DNA of 33,745 bases from a candidate division WWE3 bacterium GW2011_GWC2_44_9 (GTDB taxonomy: Bacteria; Patescibacteriota; WWE3; UBA101185; UBA10185): positions 1 through 33,745 of the forward strand of contig LCJU01000003.1 of NCBI GenBank assembly GCA_000994815.1, given 5' to 3'. Position numbers and translations under genes: made by a program. Within the stretch, counting starts at the first letter, position 1; every line of letters starts with the position of its first letter. Under the pieces are notes generated by a model. It did not search any database and was not told the DNA's origin. It saw nothing but the letters and a program-made list of their open reading frames with translations. Of the stretch, positions 16,082-24,806 are shown one piece after another.

Positions 16082-17476
16082 TTATGATGCATAAACAGTT
16101 TGCGTGATGTTTGTGACATCCTGCCTTGTTTTTGCAACGTCTTTTAATTCATCCTCAACCTTTCTAATACCGTGTAGAATTGAGGTGTGATCCCTTCCCC
16201 CGAAATACTCTCCTATGGTCATGTATGGAGTTTTGGTTAAATCATATATTAGGTACATTGCCACATGCCTTGGTATAACTAAATCTTTTGTTCTTCTGTG
16301 CCCTTTTACGTCGTCCATTTTTACTGAATAGTAACTGCACACCGCCTTTACTATTTGATGCAAGTTGAGGGGTTTTTTTCTATCATCTGCCAGTCGTTGA
16401 CCTAGGGCTTTTGCCGCAAAATCTTTGGTTAATTCGCTTCCGGTAGTTTTTGCTAAAGTACTAACTTGCAGATACGCCCCCAGCAGCTCTCTAACATTTG
16501 TTGTTATAGCTAAAGCAATTACGTCCAAAACATCGTTAGGCACGGTATCCAGCGATTCATCGCGTTTATTTCTTAGGATGGCTATGCGCATGTCTAAGTC
16601 CGGTGGTTGGATGTCTACTATCATGCCGCTGCCGAAGCGCGATCTTATCCTATCCTCTAGATTTACGAAGTCTTTTGGCGGTCGATCAGAGGTTAGTACT
16701 ATTTGCTTCTGCGCCATATACAACGTGTTAAAGGTGTGAAAGAACTCATCCTGGGTGGTCTCGCGTCCCGCAATAGACTGTACGTCATCTATTAGTAGGA
16801 CGTCCGCGCTCCTGAACTTGTTTCTAAATTTATTTACGGTATACTGGCCCCGGCCTTTGGACATTTGGATAGCTTCAATTAACTCGTTCATAAAGGCCTC
16901 TCCAGTGCTATAGATAACTTTTACCCCGGGCCTGTTTGTAAGTATCTTGTTGCCTATTGCCTGGATCAGATGTGTTTTCCCCAGCCCAACACCGGAATGG
17001 ATAAAAAGAGGGTTGTAGGCTTCCCCGGGGCGTTCAGCTACTGCTTTAGCTACAGCGTAGGCCAGCTGATTATTGGAACCCATTAGATAGTTTTCAAACT
17101 TGTATTTGGCCGTTAGGCCGGTACCGTTGCTGTCGGTAGCAGTGGCTTTAGCTGGGGCAGATTCTATGGTGAATAGAGGAGTTCTATTGACTTCAGTTCC
17201 CAATGGTTTATCTTGCAGCTCCCTTTCTATTTTACCAACTGTGAAGCTAACAACCGTGGCCGCATCAAGCTCCCTTTTAACGGTTTTTTCTATAATCTGC
17301 CTAAAACTTTTTTCTATCACACCTAAAGCGTGACCGTCCGGACAGATAACGTGCAGGATGCCTTTTTCCAAAAAAACACCCATTCTTTGGGCGTACATTT
17401 TATAAACGTTCACCTTGTCAGTTAGTTCTAGTTCGGCAGCTATTTTTTTCCACAAGATTTTTTCTTGGTCAGTCAT
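16082..17476 (-). CDS. dnaA: Chromosomal replication initiator DnaA
   Basis: AAA+ Walker A GVGLGKTHL, Walker B LLIDDVQ, sensor motifs, and a C-terminal DNA-binding domain (VIPRHVAMYLIYDLT...GGRDHTSILHG). Confidence 0.95.
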   Translation of the reverse strand: MTDQEKILWKKIAAELELTDKVNVYKMYAQRMGVFLEKGILHVICPDGHALGVIEKSFRQIIEKTVKRELDAATVVSFTVGKIERELQDKPLGTEVNRTPLFTIESAPAKATATDSNGTGLTAKYKFENYLMGSNNQLAYAVAKAVAERPGEAYNPLFIHSGVGLGKTHLIQAIGNKILTNRPGVKVIYSTGEAFMNELIEAIQMSKGRGQYTVNKFRNKFRSADVLLIDDVQSIAGRETTQDEFFHTFNTLYMAQKQIVLTSDRPPKDFVNLEDRIRSRFGSGMIVDIQPPDLDMRIAILRNKRDESLDTVPNDVLDVIALAITTNVRELLGAYLQVSTLAKTTGSELTKDFAAKALGQRLADDRKKPLNLHQIVKAVCSYYSVKMDDVKGHRRTKDLVIPRHVAMYLIYDLTKTPYMTIGEYFGGRDHTSILHGIRKVEDELKDVAKTRQDVTNITQTVYAS

Positions 17477-17535
17477 ACTTTGCAGGGTGGGCAGTTAAGC
17501 CTTATGGGCAGAGTCAGTAGCATAGTTATATAAGG

Positions 17536-17544
17536 TTATCCACA
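17536..17544. promoter_or_regulatory. Perfect DnaA box TTATCCACA upstream of dnaA
   Basis: Exact 9-mer about 60 nt upstream of the dnaA start. It is consistent with autoregulation or a second origin element. Confidence 0.5.
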
Positions 17545-17603
17545 ATGGATCAAGCAACCTGCTTTGGTCAGAAGGGTCTTGCGGCTTTTAGCTTCACTAT
17601 AAT

Positions 17604-18992
17604 CTAGGATGTGTAGACAATTTTTGTCTTATTAGTCCCTATGTCTATAGGATACTCGCCTGAAAAGCATGAGGTGCAGAGCAGGCCCTTGTCCAACCCA
17701 ATTGCTTTTAACATACCACCAAAGGATAGAAACCCCACACCATCTGCACCTATAAACTTGCTTATTTCCTGTGGAGTCATGTGTGAGGCTATTAAATCCT
17801 GCTGTTTGGGAGTGTCGATGCCATAGAAATCTGGGAACTTAACCGGCGGGGACGAGATCAAGAAAAACACCTTTCTGGCACCGGAGGCTTTTAGCAGCTG
17901 CACTAATTTTTTAGCTGTAGATCCCCTAACGATAGAGTCGTCTATTAAAATTACGTCTTTGCCGGCCACTATTTCAGTGATCACGTTTAGCTTTAAAGTA
18001 ATATCGTTATCGCGTTGCCTTTGGGTTGGTTTGATAAATGTTCTGTGAATGTACCTGTTTTTTACAAGGGCATGTTCAATGGGAATACCCGATTCTTGGG
18101 AATAGCCTATGGCCGCGGGTATTGCTGAATCAGGTATGGGGACGACTATATCAGCCTTTAGCACGTGTTCCTTGGCGAGCCGCACCCCCAGTCTCTTCCT
18201 AACTTCATACACGCTTTTGCCGAGCAGAATGGAGTCGGGGCGGGCAAAGTAAATAAACTCAAAAGCGTCGATTTTTGTTTCCCCGTCAGCCAGTTTATAA
18301 GAGCTTAGGCCGCTTTTATCAACAATAACCATTTCCCCCGGCTGGACATCCCGGATATAATCTGCTCCCACTGCCTTGAAGGCACAGGTTTCCGATGAAA
18401 ATACGTATGAGCCGTTGATCTTGCCAAAACTCAAAGGCCGAATACCACAAGGGTCCCTTACAACGGCAAGTTGGTTTTTGCTCATTACAAGCAGACTATA
18501 AGCGCCAGTAAACATTTTATGGCTGGCTATAACAGCTTCTTGCAGGCTTTTGCCTTTAACCATGTGGTATTCCAAAGCTTTGCACATTAGTTCGGAATCG
18601 TTTAGGCCCTTAACTAGGATACCGGCACTAGTTAAAAATTTTCGTAGGCGATCAACCTTTGGCAAGTTGCCGTTGTGTGCCAGCGCAACATGGCTGCGTC
18701 TGGCGAATAAAACCGGCTGGGTGTGGTCTTCCTGATTTTTACCAAAAGTGGAGTACCGATTGTGGCCTATGGCTATGTTGCCCTTTAATCCCTCAATGTC
18801 TTTCTTGCGGTACACTTGTGCCACCAGCCCAACGTTTTTGTGAATCTTAAAACCGCGCCCGGCGGAGGATACTATACCGGAGCTTTCCTGGCCCCTGTGC
18901 TGCAGGGTCCAGAGCCCTAGATATGTGAGTTCGGCCGCATCGTCCCTGTTGCTGTAAACACCAAAAACCCCGCATTTTTCTTTAAGCCCCAT
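17604..18992 (-). CDS. purF: Amidophosphoribosyltransferase PurF (Ntn glutamine amidotransferase plus PRTase)
   Basis: Propeptide then the catalytic Cys in [16 protein letters not shown] loop [14 protein letters not shown]-terminal [10 protein letters not shown]. Confidence 0.9.
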   Translation of the reverse strand: MGLKEKCGVFGVYSNRDDAAELTYLGLWTLQHRGQESSGIVSSAGRGFKIHKNVGLVAQVYRKKDIEGLKGNIAIGHNRYSTFGKNQEDHTQPVLFARRSHVALAHNGNLPKVDRLRKFLTSAGILVKGLNDSELMCKALEYHMVKGKSLQEAVIASHKMFTGAYSLLVMSKNQLAVVRDPCGIRPLSFGKINGSYVFSSETCAFKAVGADYIRDVQPGEMVIVDKSGLSSYKLADGETKIDAFEFIYFARPDSILLGKSVYEVRKRLGVRLAKEHVLKADIVVPIPDSAIPAAIGYSQESGIPIEHALVKNRYIHRTFIKPTQRQRDNDITLKLNVITEIVAGKDVILIDDSIVRGSTAKKLVQLLKASGARKVFFLISSPPVKFPDFYGIDTPKQQDLIASHMTPQEISKFIGADGVGFLSFGGMLKAIGLDKGLLCTSCFSGEYPIDIGTNKTKIVYTS

Positions 18993-18998
18993 CTGCTG

Positions 18999-19004
18999 AT
19001 TTTA
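18999..19004 (-). promoter_or_regulatory. -10-like hexamer TAAAAT exactly 6 nt upstream of the purF ATG (leaderless geometry)
   Basis: The minus strand reads TAAAATcagcagATG. Confidence 0.4.
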
Positions 19005-19023
19005 CCGCGTTTTACAAAAGGTT

Positions 19024-19050
19024 TTGCAAAAAGTCGGAAAGTCGTATAAT
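19024..19050 (+). promoter_or_regulatory. Candidate rpmH operon promoter TTGCAA-15 nt-TATAAT
   Basis: -35 at 19024-19029 and perfect -10 at 19045-19050. The ATG at 19061 leaves a leader of only a few nt. The 15-nt spacer is short. Confidence 0.4.
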
Positions 19051-19060
19051 ATGCCCAGTT

Positions 19061-19219
19061 ATGCCTAAAACAAAAAGAACTTACCAACCAAAAAAAAGGA
19101 AAAGGGTTAGAGCTCACGGTTTTAAAAAGAGAATGGCTTCACCCGGAGGTAAAAGGGTTTTGAAGAGAAGAATGGCCAAAGGAAGAAAGGTCCTGGCCAG
19201 AAGTCTAAGAAGAAAGTAA
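19061..19219 (+). CDS. rpmH: 50S ribosomal protein L34
   Basis: Not in the ORF track (52 aa). Hand translation gives [52 protein letters not shown], the classical L34 sequence. Confidence 0.93.
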   Translation: MPKTKRTYQPKKRKRVRAHGFKKRMASPGGKRVLKRRMAKGRKVLARSLRRK

Positions 19220-19221
19220 CT

Positions 19222-19587
19222 GTGCTGGCCAAAAACAACCGGATTCGCACAAGGTTTGAGTTTGATAAAGTAAGGAAATTTGGCAGGCAGTACAAGTCCC
19301 GGTTTTTCTATATGTACGCTGTTAGGGTTCAGGAGTTTAACGGGGTTTGGGATATCGGAGAGGAGACCAGGGTAGGCTTTATTGTTTCTAATAAATTTGA
19401 TAAAAGTGCTGTGGTGAGAAATAAGGTAAAGCGGAGATTTAGAGAGTGTCTGCGGGCAAATTTTGCTCAGGTCTCGCGTGGCTGGTGGATTGTGTTTCAC
19501 CCCAGAAAGCTTAGTTTGGAAGCAGAATATGCAGAAATTTGTGCTGATATTGCTAAAGTTTTACAAGAATTACCTGTCTCCCGGTAA
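19222..19587 (+). CDS. rnpA: RNase P protein component
   Basis: Sits immediately after rpmH. Basic 121-aa protein with FGRQYKSRFF...VGFIVSNKFDKSAVVRNKVKRRFRE (RNR-like motif). Confidence 0.88.
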   Translation: MLAKNNRIRTRFEFDKVRKFGRQYKSRFFYMYAVRVQEFNGVWDIGEETRVGFIVSNKFDKSAVVRNKVKRRFRECLRANFAQVSRGWWIVFHPRKLSLEAEYAEICADIAKVLQELPVSR

Positions 19588-19744
19588 CATAAGTATAAAA
19601 ATGTGTAGGTTTGAGCCAAGCTGCTCAAGGTATACTTTGGAGGCGGTAGAAAAACACGGTGTAGTTAAAGGACTTTTGTTGGGAGCTTGGCGTGTGCTAA
19701 GATGTAATCCATTCAACAAAGGCGGGTTTGATCCGGTTAACTAG
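19529..19744 (+). CDS. yidD: Membrane protein insertion efficiency factor YidD
   Basis: LLKFYKNYLSP...CRFEPSCSRYTLEAVEKHG...RCNPFNKGGFDPV. The start was chosen at ATG 19529 and overlaps the rnpA 3' end. Confidence 0.85.
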   Translation: MQKFVLILLKFYKNYLSPGNISIKMCRFEPSCSRYTLEAVEKHGVVKGLLLGAWRVLRCNPFNKGGFDPVN

Positions 19745-19751
19745 GATTTAT

Positions 19752-20525
19752 ATGATCCAGTTATGGAACACAATTTTAATAGACCCCATGATGAATTTTT
19801 TGGTTTTAGCTTATCGCTATACATCAAACCTGGGGCTTTCAATTATACTTCTTTCTATTATAGTGAGAGTTATCATCATACCGTTTTTTATCCCAACGCT
19901 TAAAACCGCCAAAAAGCAGCGAGATTTAAAACCCGAAATAGATAAAATAAAGGAAAAGTACAAGTACGACAAGAAAAAGCAGTCGGAGATGCAAATGGAG
20001 CTGTTTAAGAAAAACGGTATAAACCCGGCTTCCGGCTGTTTGAGCAACATAATCACTTTGTTAATACCTTTAGCCTTGTACGGAGTAATAAATGAGATAG
20101 CAAAGATCACGGATATTACTAGCATTAATCCCAGAATATACTTTGATTGGATGAGGTTCACAGCCGGTGATGTGCTGAATTCGCATTTTTTGCTTTTTGA
20201 CATGGCGAAACCCGATAGAACATTTATTTTGCCCGTGTTGTGCGCTGTTTTGCAGTTTGTGTCGTCAAAAATGATGATGCCGGCGATTAATAAAGCAGAA
20301 AAACTGGCCGAGAAAACTCCGCAGAAAAGCGATGATATTGCCTACACCATGCAGGAACAGATGCTGTATATGTTTCCTGTAATGATGCTGATTTTTGGAT
20401 TTAGCTTGCCCTCCGGAGTAATGCTCAACATTTTTGTGAGTACGGTTTTTACCTTGGTGCAAAGCTATTTTGTTATGGGCTGGGGAGGGCTTACCCCGCT
20501 TGTACAAAAGCTTAAAAAGGTGTAA
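19752..20525 (+). CDS. yidC: Membrane protein insertase YidC (short, Gram-positive type)
   Basis: YidC/Oxa1 core with KKQRDLKPEIDKIKEKYK...MQMELFKKNGINP and five TM segments. The ORF opens at 19728 (TTG), but ATG 19752 with an upstream AGGA is preferred. Confidence 0.85.
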   Translation: MIQLWNTILIDPMMNFLVLAYRYTSNLGLSIILLSIIVRVIIIPFFIPTLKTAKKQRDLKPEIDKIKEKYKYDKKKQSEMQMELFKKNGINPASGCLSNIITLLIPLALYGVINEIAKITDITSINPRIYFDWMRFTAGDVLNSHFLLFDMAKPDRTFILPVLCAVLQFVSSKMMMPAINKAEKLAEKTPQKSDDIAYTMQEQMLYMFPVMMLIFGFSLPSGVMLNIFVSTVFTLVQSYFVMGWGGLTPLVQKLKKV

Positions 20526-20534
20526 AAGGGTCTA

Positions 20535-20984
20535 ATGAAAAAGGAAGTACTAGAAAACCTTGTCAATACTATTTTTCAAAAACTTGGTACTAATGCGGCC
20601 TATGAGTTGCAGGAGGAAGATGCCGGCATTTTGCTGAGTGTAACCGGCAATGATTTGAACCACCTTATTGGTTACCGGGGAGAGGTTTTAAACGCACTCC
20701 AGCATTTTTTGACTGTGAGTTATTTTAATGATGCCGGGGAGTTTTTGCGTATTGCTGTTGACATAAATGGTTACAGGGATCAAAGAAAGGCAAAGCTTGA
20801 GGAAATGACAAGGAACTTTATTGACAGGGTACGGTTTTTTAGTCAGGAAGTAGAAATGCCTTCGATGAGCCCTATGGAAAGAAGAATTGTTCACGTTTTC
20901 GTCTCGGGTTACGACGACATTGTTAGCGAAAGTGTTGGAATAGGCAGAGATAGAAGGGTAGTTCTTAAGCCGAATAAACTATGA
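20535..20984 (+). CDS. jag: Jag/KhpB-like RNA-binding protein (KH plus R3H domains)
   Basis: R3H motif in SPMERRIVHVFV. Conserved position after yidC. Confidence 0.8.
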   Translation: MKKEVLENLVNTIFQKLGTNAAYELQEEDAGILLSVTGNDLNHLIGYRGEVLNALQHFLTVSYFNDAGEFLRIAVDINGYRDQRKAKLEEMTRNFIDRVRFFSQEVEMPSMSPMERRIVHVFVSGYDDIVSESVGIGRDRRVVLKPNKL

Positions 20985-22111
20985 AGTTAAAATGCACCCA
21001 GGAGAATTTGTCAAAGGGGCTCGCCGTTGCGAGTAAGGCGGTGTCTGTCAAGTCGACCCTGCCTGTTTTAGGTAATTTTCTCTTAACTGCAAAGACCGGG
21101 GTTTTTAAGATCTCCGCCTCTAACTTAGAAACTTCAATTAGTGTTGTTGTAAATGCGTCCGTTGAGCAAGACGGGGAGTTTTCAGTTCCGGCAAGAATAC
21201 TAAGCGATTTTGTCTCCGGTTTGCCTTTAGGCGTTGTGGAGATGGTTCACGAAAAAAACAGCATGAAGGTAAGTAACGGTGGAAGCAGCGCAGAGTTTAA
21301 CTGCATGTCTGCAGAAGATTTTCCTCCTATTCCGATCCCAAAAAGTGGCAACAAGCTTTTTCTTAATCCCCGCGAGTTTAATCAGGCGGTTTTGAGTACG
21401 TTTTTCTGCGCTTCAGTTGGGGACTCTAGGCCGGCGCTTACGGGTGTGCTGCTTAAAAAAGAGGGCGCGGATTTTGTGGTTGCCGCTACAGACGGCTTTA
21501 GGCTTTCGGAGTTTAAACCCAGCTTGGATGAGTTAAATGCTGATGTTGCCGACTTTTCCTTATTGATTCCGGCCAAGATGCTGGCGGAAGTCTCCCGCAT
21601 GTTCTCGGCCCGCGAGGAAGCTATCACCTTGACTTTTAGTGACTCCGAAAATTTGGCGGTTTTTGAGTGTGCGCAAACTACCGTTAGTTTAAGGCTATTG
21701 GATGGAGAATTTCCTGATTATAAGAGAATCATTCCCACCGCACACATATTAACAGCACACTCAAAAACCGAAGAGCTTGTTTCTGCCGTAAAGCTAACCA
21801 ATGTGTTTGCCAAGGAGTCCAAAGAGGGCAACAACCTTTTAAAGATTGAGTTTAAGACCAAAGGGGAGTGTTTGGTATCGTCTTCCTCGGAACAAAGCGG
21901 GCAAAGCTTAACCAAAATTGCAATGGCCATTGAAGGGGATAATGACGTAGCACTTTCTTTTAATTCCAAATACTTGCTGGACTTTTTTAACAATGTAAAA
22001 TCGGAGGAACTTGCTATTTTTACTAACGGCGAACAGTCACCCTGCGTATTTAAACCGATTGAAATGGCCAACTTTTTACACTTGGTAATGCCTGTGAAGT
22101 TAAATTCCTAG
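20981..22111 (+). CDS. dnaN: DNA polymerase III beta sliding clamp
   Basis: 376 aa. N-terminus MKLKCTQENLSKGLAVASKAVS.KSTLPVLGNFLL. Three-domain length. The C-terminus ends in MPVKL. Confidence 0.92.
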   Translation: MKLKCTQENLSKGLAVASKAVSVKSTLPVLGNFLLTAKTGVFKISASNLETSISVVVNASVEQDGEFSVPARILSDFVSGLPLGVVEMVHEKNSMKVSNGGSSAEFNCMSAEDFPPIPIPKSGNKLFLNPREFNQAVLSTFFCASVGDSRPALTGVLLKKEGADFVVAATDGFRLSEFKPSLDELNADVADFSLLIPAKMLAEVSRMFSAREEAITLTFSDSENLAVFECAQTTVSLRLLDGEFPDYKRIIPTAHILTAHSKTEELVSAVKLTNVFAKESKEGNNLLKIEFKTKGECLVSSSSEQSGQSLTKIAMAIEGDNDVALSFNSKYLLDFFNNVKSEELAIFTNGEQSPCVFKPIEMANFLHLVMPVKLNS

Positions 22112-22116
22112 CTTAT

Positions 22117-24063
22117 TTAGCTTAATGGGGCGGATTGGCCTACGGGCTTATAAACCTGCCTTTGCGGGGGCTGGTTTCTTTGATCGCGATTGCCCGATTC
22201 AACTATTGCTGAACCACTTATTAACCCCCTTTCTCTTAGCTTGAGCAGTTCTGCGGGATTGGTGGTTACCAGATTATGCTCGGCCTCGCTGGCAACAACC
22301 CTTAACGCCACGTGGTTTGACCCGGCAAAGAAAAGCCCCTCCCCTTGGCCCGCGCCCAGGAGCAGGCGTTTTTCCCCTTCGGACAGGTAAAAAGTGTCCG
22401 CAACTTTATCTATAGCGGCCGGGTGCTGTTTTAGTAGTATTTGGATCGACGAGTTGGTGACAATGGCTTTGCCATATTCGGAACTTAAAAAGTCATCCAC
22501 ATCTTGAGATATGGCAGTTAATCCTAAGTAATATTTTCGCGCCCGTTTTGCTATACCGTAGATAAATCTCGCCGAATCTTCGTTTTGCATTAGATACCAC
22601 GCTTCTTCAACAATGAGAATGCGCTTTTTGAGATCGCGGCGTATTTTTGTCCAGATAAAGTCTAGTATGATGTAAAAAGCTATTGGTCTTAAAATATCTT
22701 CCAGGTTTTTTGTGGAGAAAACAGTCATTTTACTACTTAGCTTTATGTTTGACTGTGAGTCGAAGATGCCTGCCAGTGAGCCTTTGATATACCTTTCTAG
22801 TCTTTCGGCCATGCTTTTGGCTTCCGGTTCGTCTGCCCCCAGGAGCACTTTGTATAGGTCTTCCATAACCGGCGGTTCTTTAGTCATTTGCGTTTCCGGA
22901 TCGGGTGTTATGCCTTTAATTCTATAGGTTTCAATAAGCGCCCGGTCTAAAATGGCCTCTTCTACCGACGTCATTGTCCTGAAAATAAGCTTTAGGAGCG
23001 TGTGCAGGGAAAGAATCTTTTGGCCAAGTTCGTTCTCGCCCTCCACAGCAATGTTAGAAAGGTCAAAGGGGTTTATTCTAGCCGGTGAGTTTGGCGAGAA
23101 GCTAATAAAATCTCCACCAACGGCCTCGCATAGCATTTTATACTCTTCTTCAACGTCGATAATAATAATTTCTGAACCAAATATCAGTGATCTTAAAGCC
23201 TCCAGTTTTACAAGGTACGACTTGCCGGCGCCGGACTTGGCAAAAACAACCGTATTAGCGTTCTCCATGGAGAATCTGTCAAAAATGATAAGCGAGCCGT
23301 TATGCCGGTTGATGCCGTACATAATACCCGTTTCTTGGGTAAGGTCTGATGAGGTAAACGGGAAAGTAGTGGCCAGGCTGGTGGTGTCCATGTTTCTGGT
23401 TATGAGCAGTTTGTCTAAAGCTGTTGGAATGGTGGACTGGAAAGCTTGTTCCATTTGCAAGGTGGAAGTTTTAGAAATTAGAAGCAGGGAGCCTAAAGTG
23501 CTTTCCACCTTAGAGGTTACACTTTTGAGCTCCTCCAGAGTCTCCGCCGGGATGGTGATGTAGAAAGAGAATTGAAAGAATCTTTCCACACCTTTAACAA
23601 GTTGCTCTTGCAAGGACTTGGCGTCTTCCAGCGCGGATGTAACTGTGGGATCCTCAATTTTTCCTCTTTCGCGGTCGGTTCTTACAGTGGCTTCCATTTC
23701 TGTGATTTTCTTTTTAAGATCCTCCAAGATGCCCTTAGACTTAACCGGGTAATAAAACATGGAAAGATCAAGAGTGTGGTCAAAGTTTATTATTGGCGAC
23801 AGCCAGTTGGCGCCAACAAACCTTGGGTAGCCTGATATGAACAGCGTAGTGAAGTAGTTGGAGCCCACACGAATGTGGTTAAAGTCAACTTCCACGGCAG
23901 AGGGGGCAATAATGTCTTTTATGTTCACCATGCCCCGAGCCATATCTTTTGGCTCTGCAATTTGTTCTTCCGGCTGCTTTGGTTTTTGCGCTTCCAGCTC
24001 TTTTTTTACATCTTTTTTTCCTAAGGTGACGGGCGGTAATTTAACTTTAGAGAATAGTGCCAT
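22117..24063 (-). CDS. virB4: VirB4-family type IV secretion ATPase
   Basis: Walker A AKSGAGKSYLVK and Walker B-like ILIVEEAWYLM. An N-terminal VirB4-type domain (GYPRFVGANWLSPII) is present. 648 aa. Confidence 0.88.
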   Translation of the reverse strand: MALFSKVKLPPVTLGKKDVKKELEAQKPKQPEEQIAEPKDMARGMVNIKDIIAPSAVEVDFNHIRVGSNYFTTLFISGYPRFVGANWLSPIINFDHTLDLSMFYYPVKSKGILEDLKKKITEMEATVRTDRERGKIEDPTVTSALEDAKSLQEQLVKGVERFFQFSFYITIPAETLEELKSVTSKVESTLGSLLLISKTSTLQMEQAFQSTIPTALDKLLITRNMDTTSLATTFPFTSSDLTQETGIMYGINRHNGSLIIFDRFSMENANTVVFAKSGAGKSYLVKLEALRSLIFGSEIIIIDVEEEYKMLCEAVGGDFISFSPNSPARINPFDLSNIAVEGENELGQKILSLHTLLKLIFRTMTSVEEAILDRALIETYRIKGITPDPETQMTKEPPVMEDLYKVLLGADEPEAKSMAERLERYIKGSLAGIFDSQSNIKLSSKMTVFSTKNLEDILRPIAFYIILDFIWTKIRRDLKKRILIVEEAWYLMQNEDSARFIYGIAKRARKYYLGLTAISQDVDDFLSSEYGKAIVTNSSIQILLKQHPAAIDKVADTFYLSEGEKRLLLGAGQGEGLFFAGSNHVALRVVASEAEHNLVTTNPAELLKLRERGLISGSAIVESGNRDQRNQPPQRQVYKPVGQSAPLS

Positions 24064-24066
24064 ATA

Positions 24067-24098
24067 TTTATTCTTCCAATAAGTTTATTCTTCCAATA
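24067..24098. repeat. 15-nt direct repeat TTTATTCTTCCAATA x2 (17-nt period) spanning the stop of the 233-aa gene and the virB4 ribosome-binding region
   Basis: Copies at 24067-24081 and 24084-24098, separated by AG. Confidence 0.9.
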
Positions 24099-24786
24099 TA
24101 GCAGGCTGGACAATAGCCGTTTTATAGTCACTTACGTTTGTTCTAACCCGTTGACCGTGTATGGACGAGGGGTTGTAAATGTCAAAGAACAGTTCCACCA
24201 GCTCTTGTGTGCCCAGTCTCTTGGATCTAACCCCGATTCTATTGAATTCTTTTATAACGTGGTCTATCTTTGGCGGAAGCTCGTTGTTTGCCCTTTTAAG
24301 CGCCTGTTCCACGTTAACCGATGTTTGCCTCTTGTGCATGCCAAAGAGTCGCCAAATTGGGTCCAGAGGACTGGAACCGAGTTCTTTAGCGGTGGTGAGG
24401 GCAGATGGTATGGCAACATAAAACTTTTTGTCTAGCACATCGTTTGTTTGAATAAGGTCCTGCACAAATTTTCTGTATGCTTCCGCCTGGAATTTTAGTA
24501 GCGGATCTTTTTGCTGCTGTTCGACTTTGTAAACCAGATCTATATATTTAGAGATATCCAGTCTTTTTGACCTCACCAAAACTTGGATTGGAAAAGTTAA
24601 CGAGTTTAAAAGCATGGCAAACGCCCCAATCATGGCGTCCTGTTCGATTTCGGAAAGCAAGTCAAAATTAACTGCTGTAGTTTGGATCACGGCCACCACC
24701 CCGCCTGTTTTTAAGACCACATAATCGTCTCTAATATCTTCAATGTCTAGGTGCTCTTGAGTTGACGCTTTAATAAGTTCAGGCAT
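24085..24786 (-). CDS. Hypothetical protein resembling a stand-alone VirB4 N-terminal domain
   Basis: No P-loop. LDIEDIRDDYVVLKTGGVVAVIQTTAVNFDLLSEIEQDAMIGAFAMLLNSL.FPIQVLVRS parallels the N-terminal region of VirB4/TraC-type ATPases, including the adjacent 648-aa protein. Confidence 0.45.
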   Translation of the reverse strand: MPELIKASTQEHLDIEDIRDDYVVLKTGGVVAVIQTTAVNFDLLSEIEQDAMIGAFAMLLNSLTFPIQVLVRSKRLDISKYIDLVYKVEQQQKDPLLKFQAEAYRKFVQDLIQTNDVLDKKFYVAIPSALTTAKELGSSPLDPIWRLFGMHKRQTSVNVEQALKRANNELPPKIDHVIKEFNRIGVRSKRLGTQELVELFFDIYNPSSIHGQRVRTNVSDYKTAIVQPAILEE

Positions 24787-24806
24787 ATTTTAATTGTAGC
24801 ATGCAG

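Noticed and set aside
19022-19031. Palindrome TTTTGCAAAA considered as a shared -35 element (TTGCAA on both strands) for the divergent purF and rpmH promoters.
   Set aside because: The resulting spacers are 19 nt (purF) and 15 nt (rpmH), both away from the 17-nt optimum. It may be coincidence in an AT-rich 68-bp region.
19114-19500. 128-aa minus-strand ORF covering the rpmH/rnpA region.
   Set aside because: It is antisense to two highly conserved genes with unmistakable translations, and has no supporting motif.
22952-23563. 203-aa plus-strand ORF (with neighbours 22190-22390, 22712-22927, 23572-23835, 23858-24082) antisense to virB4.
   Set aside because: virB4 has clear Walker motifs on the minus strand. 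The antisense ORFs are Ser/Leu-rich shadow frames.
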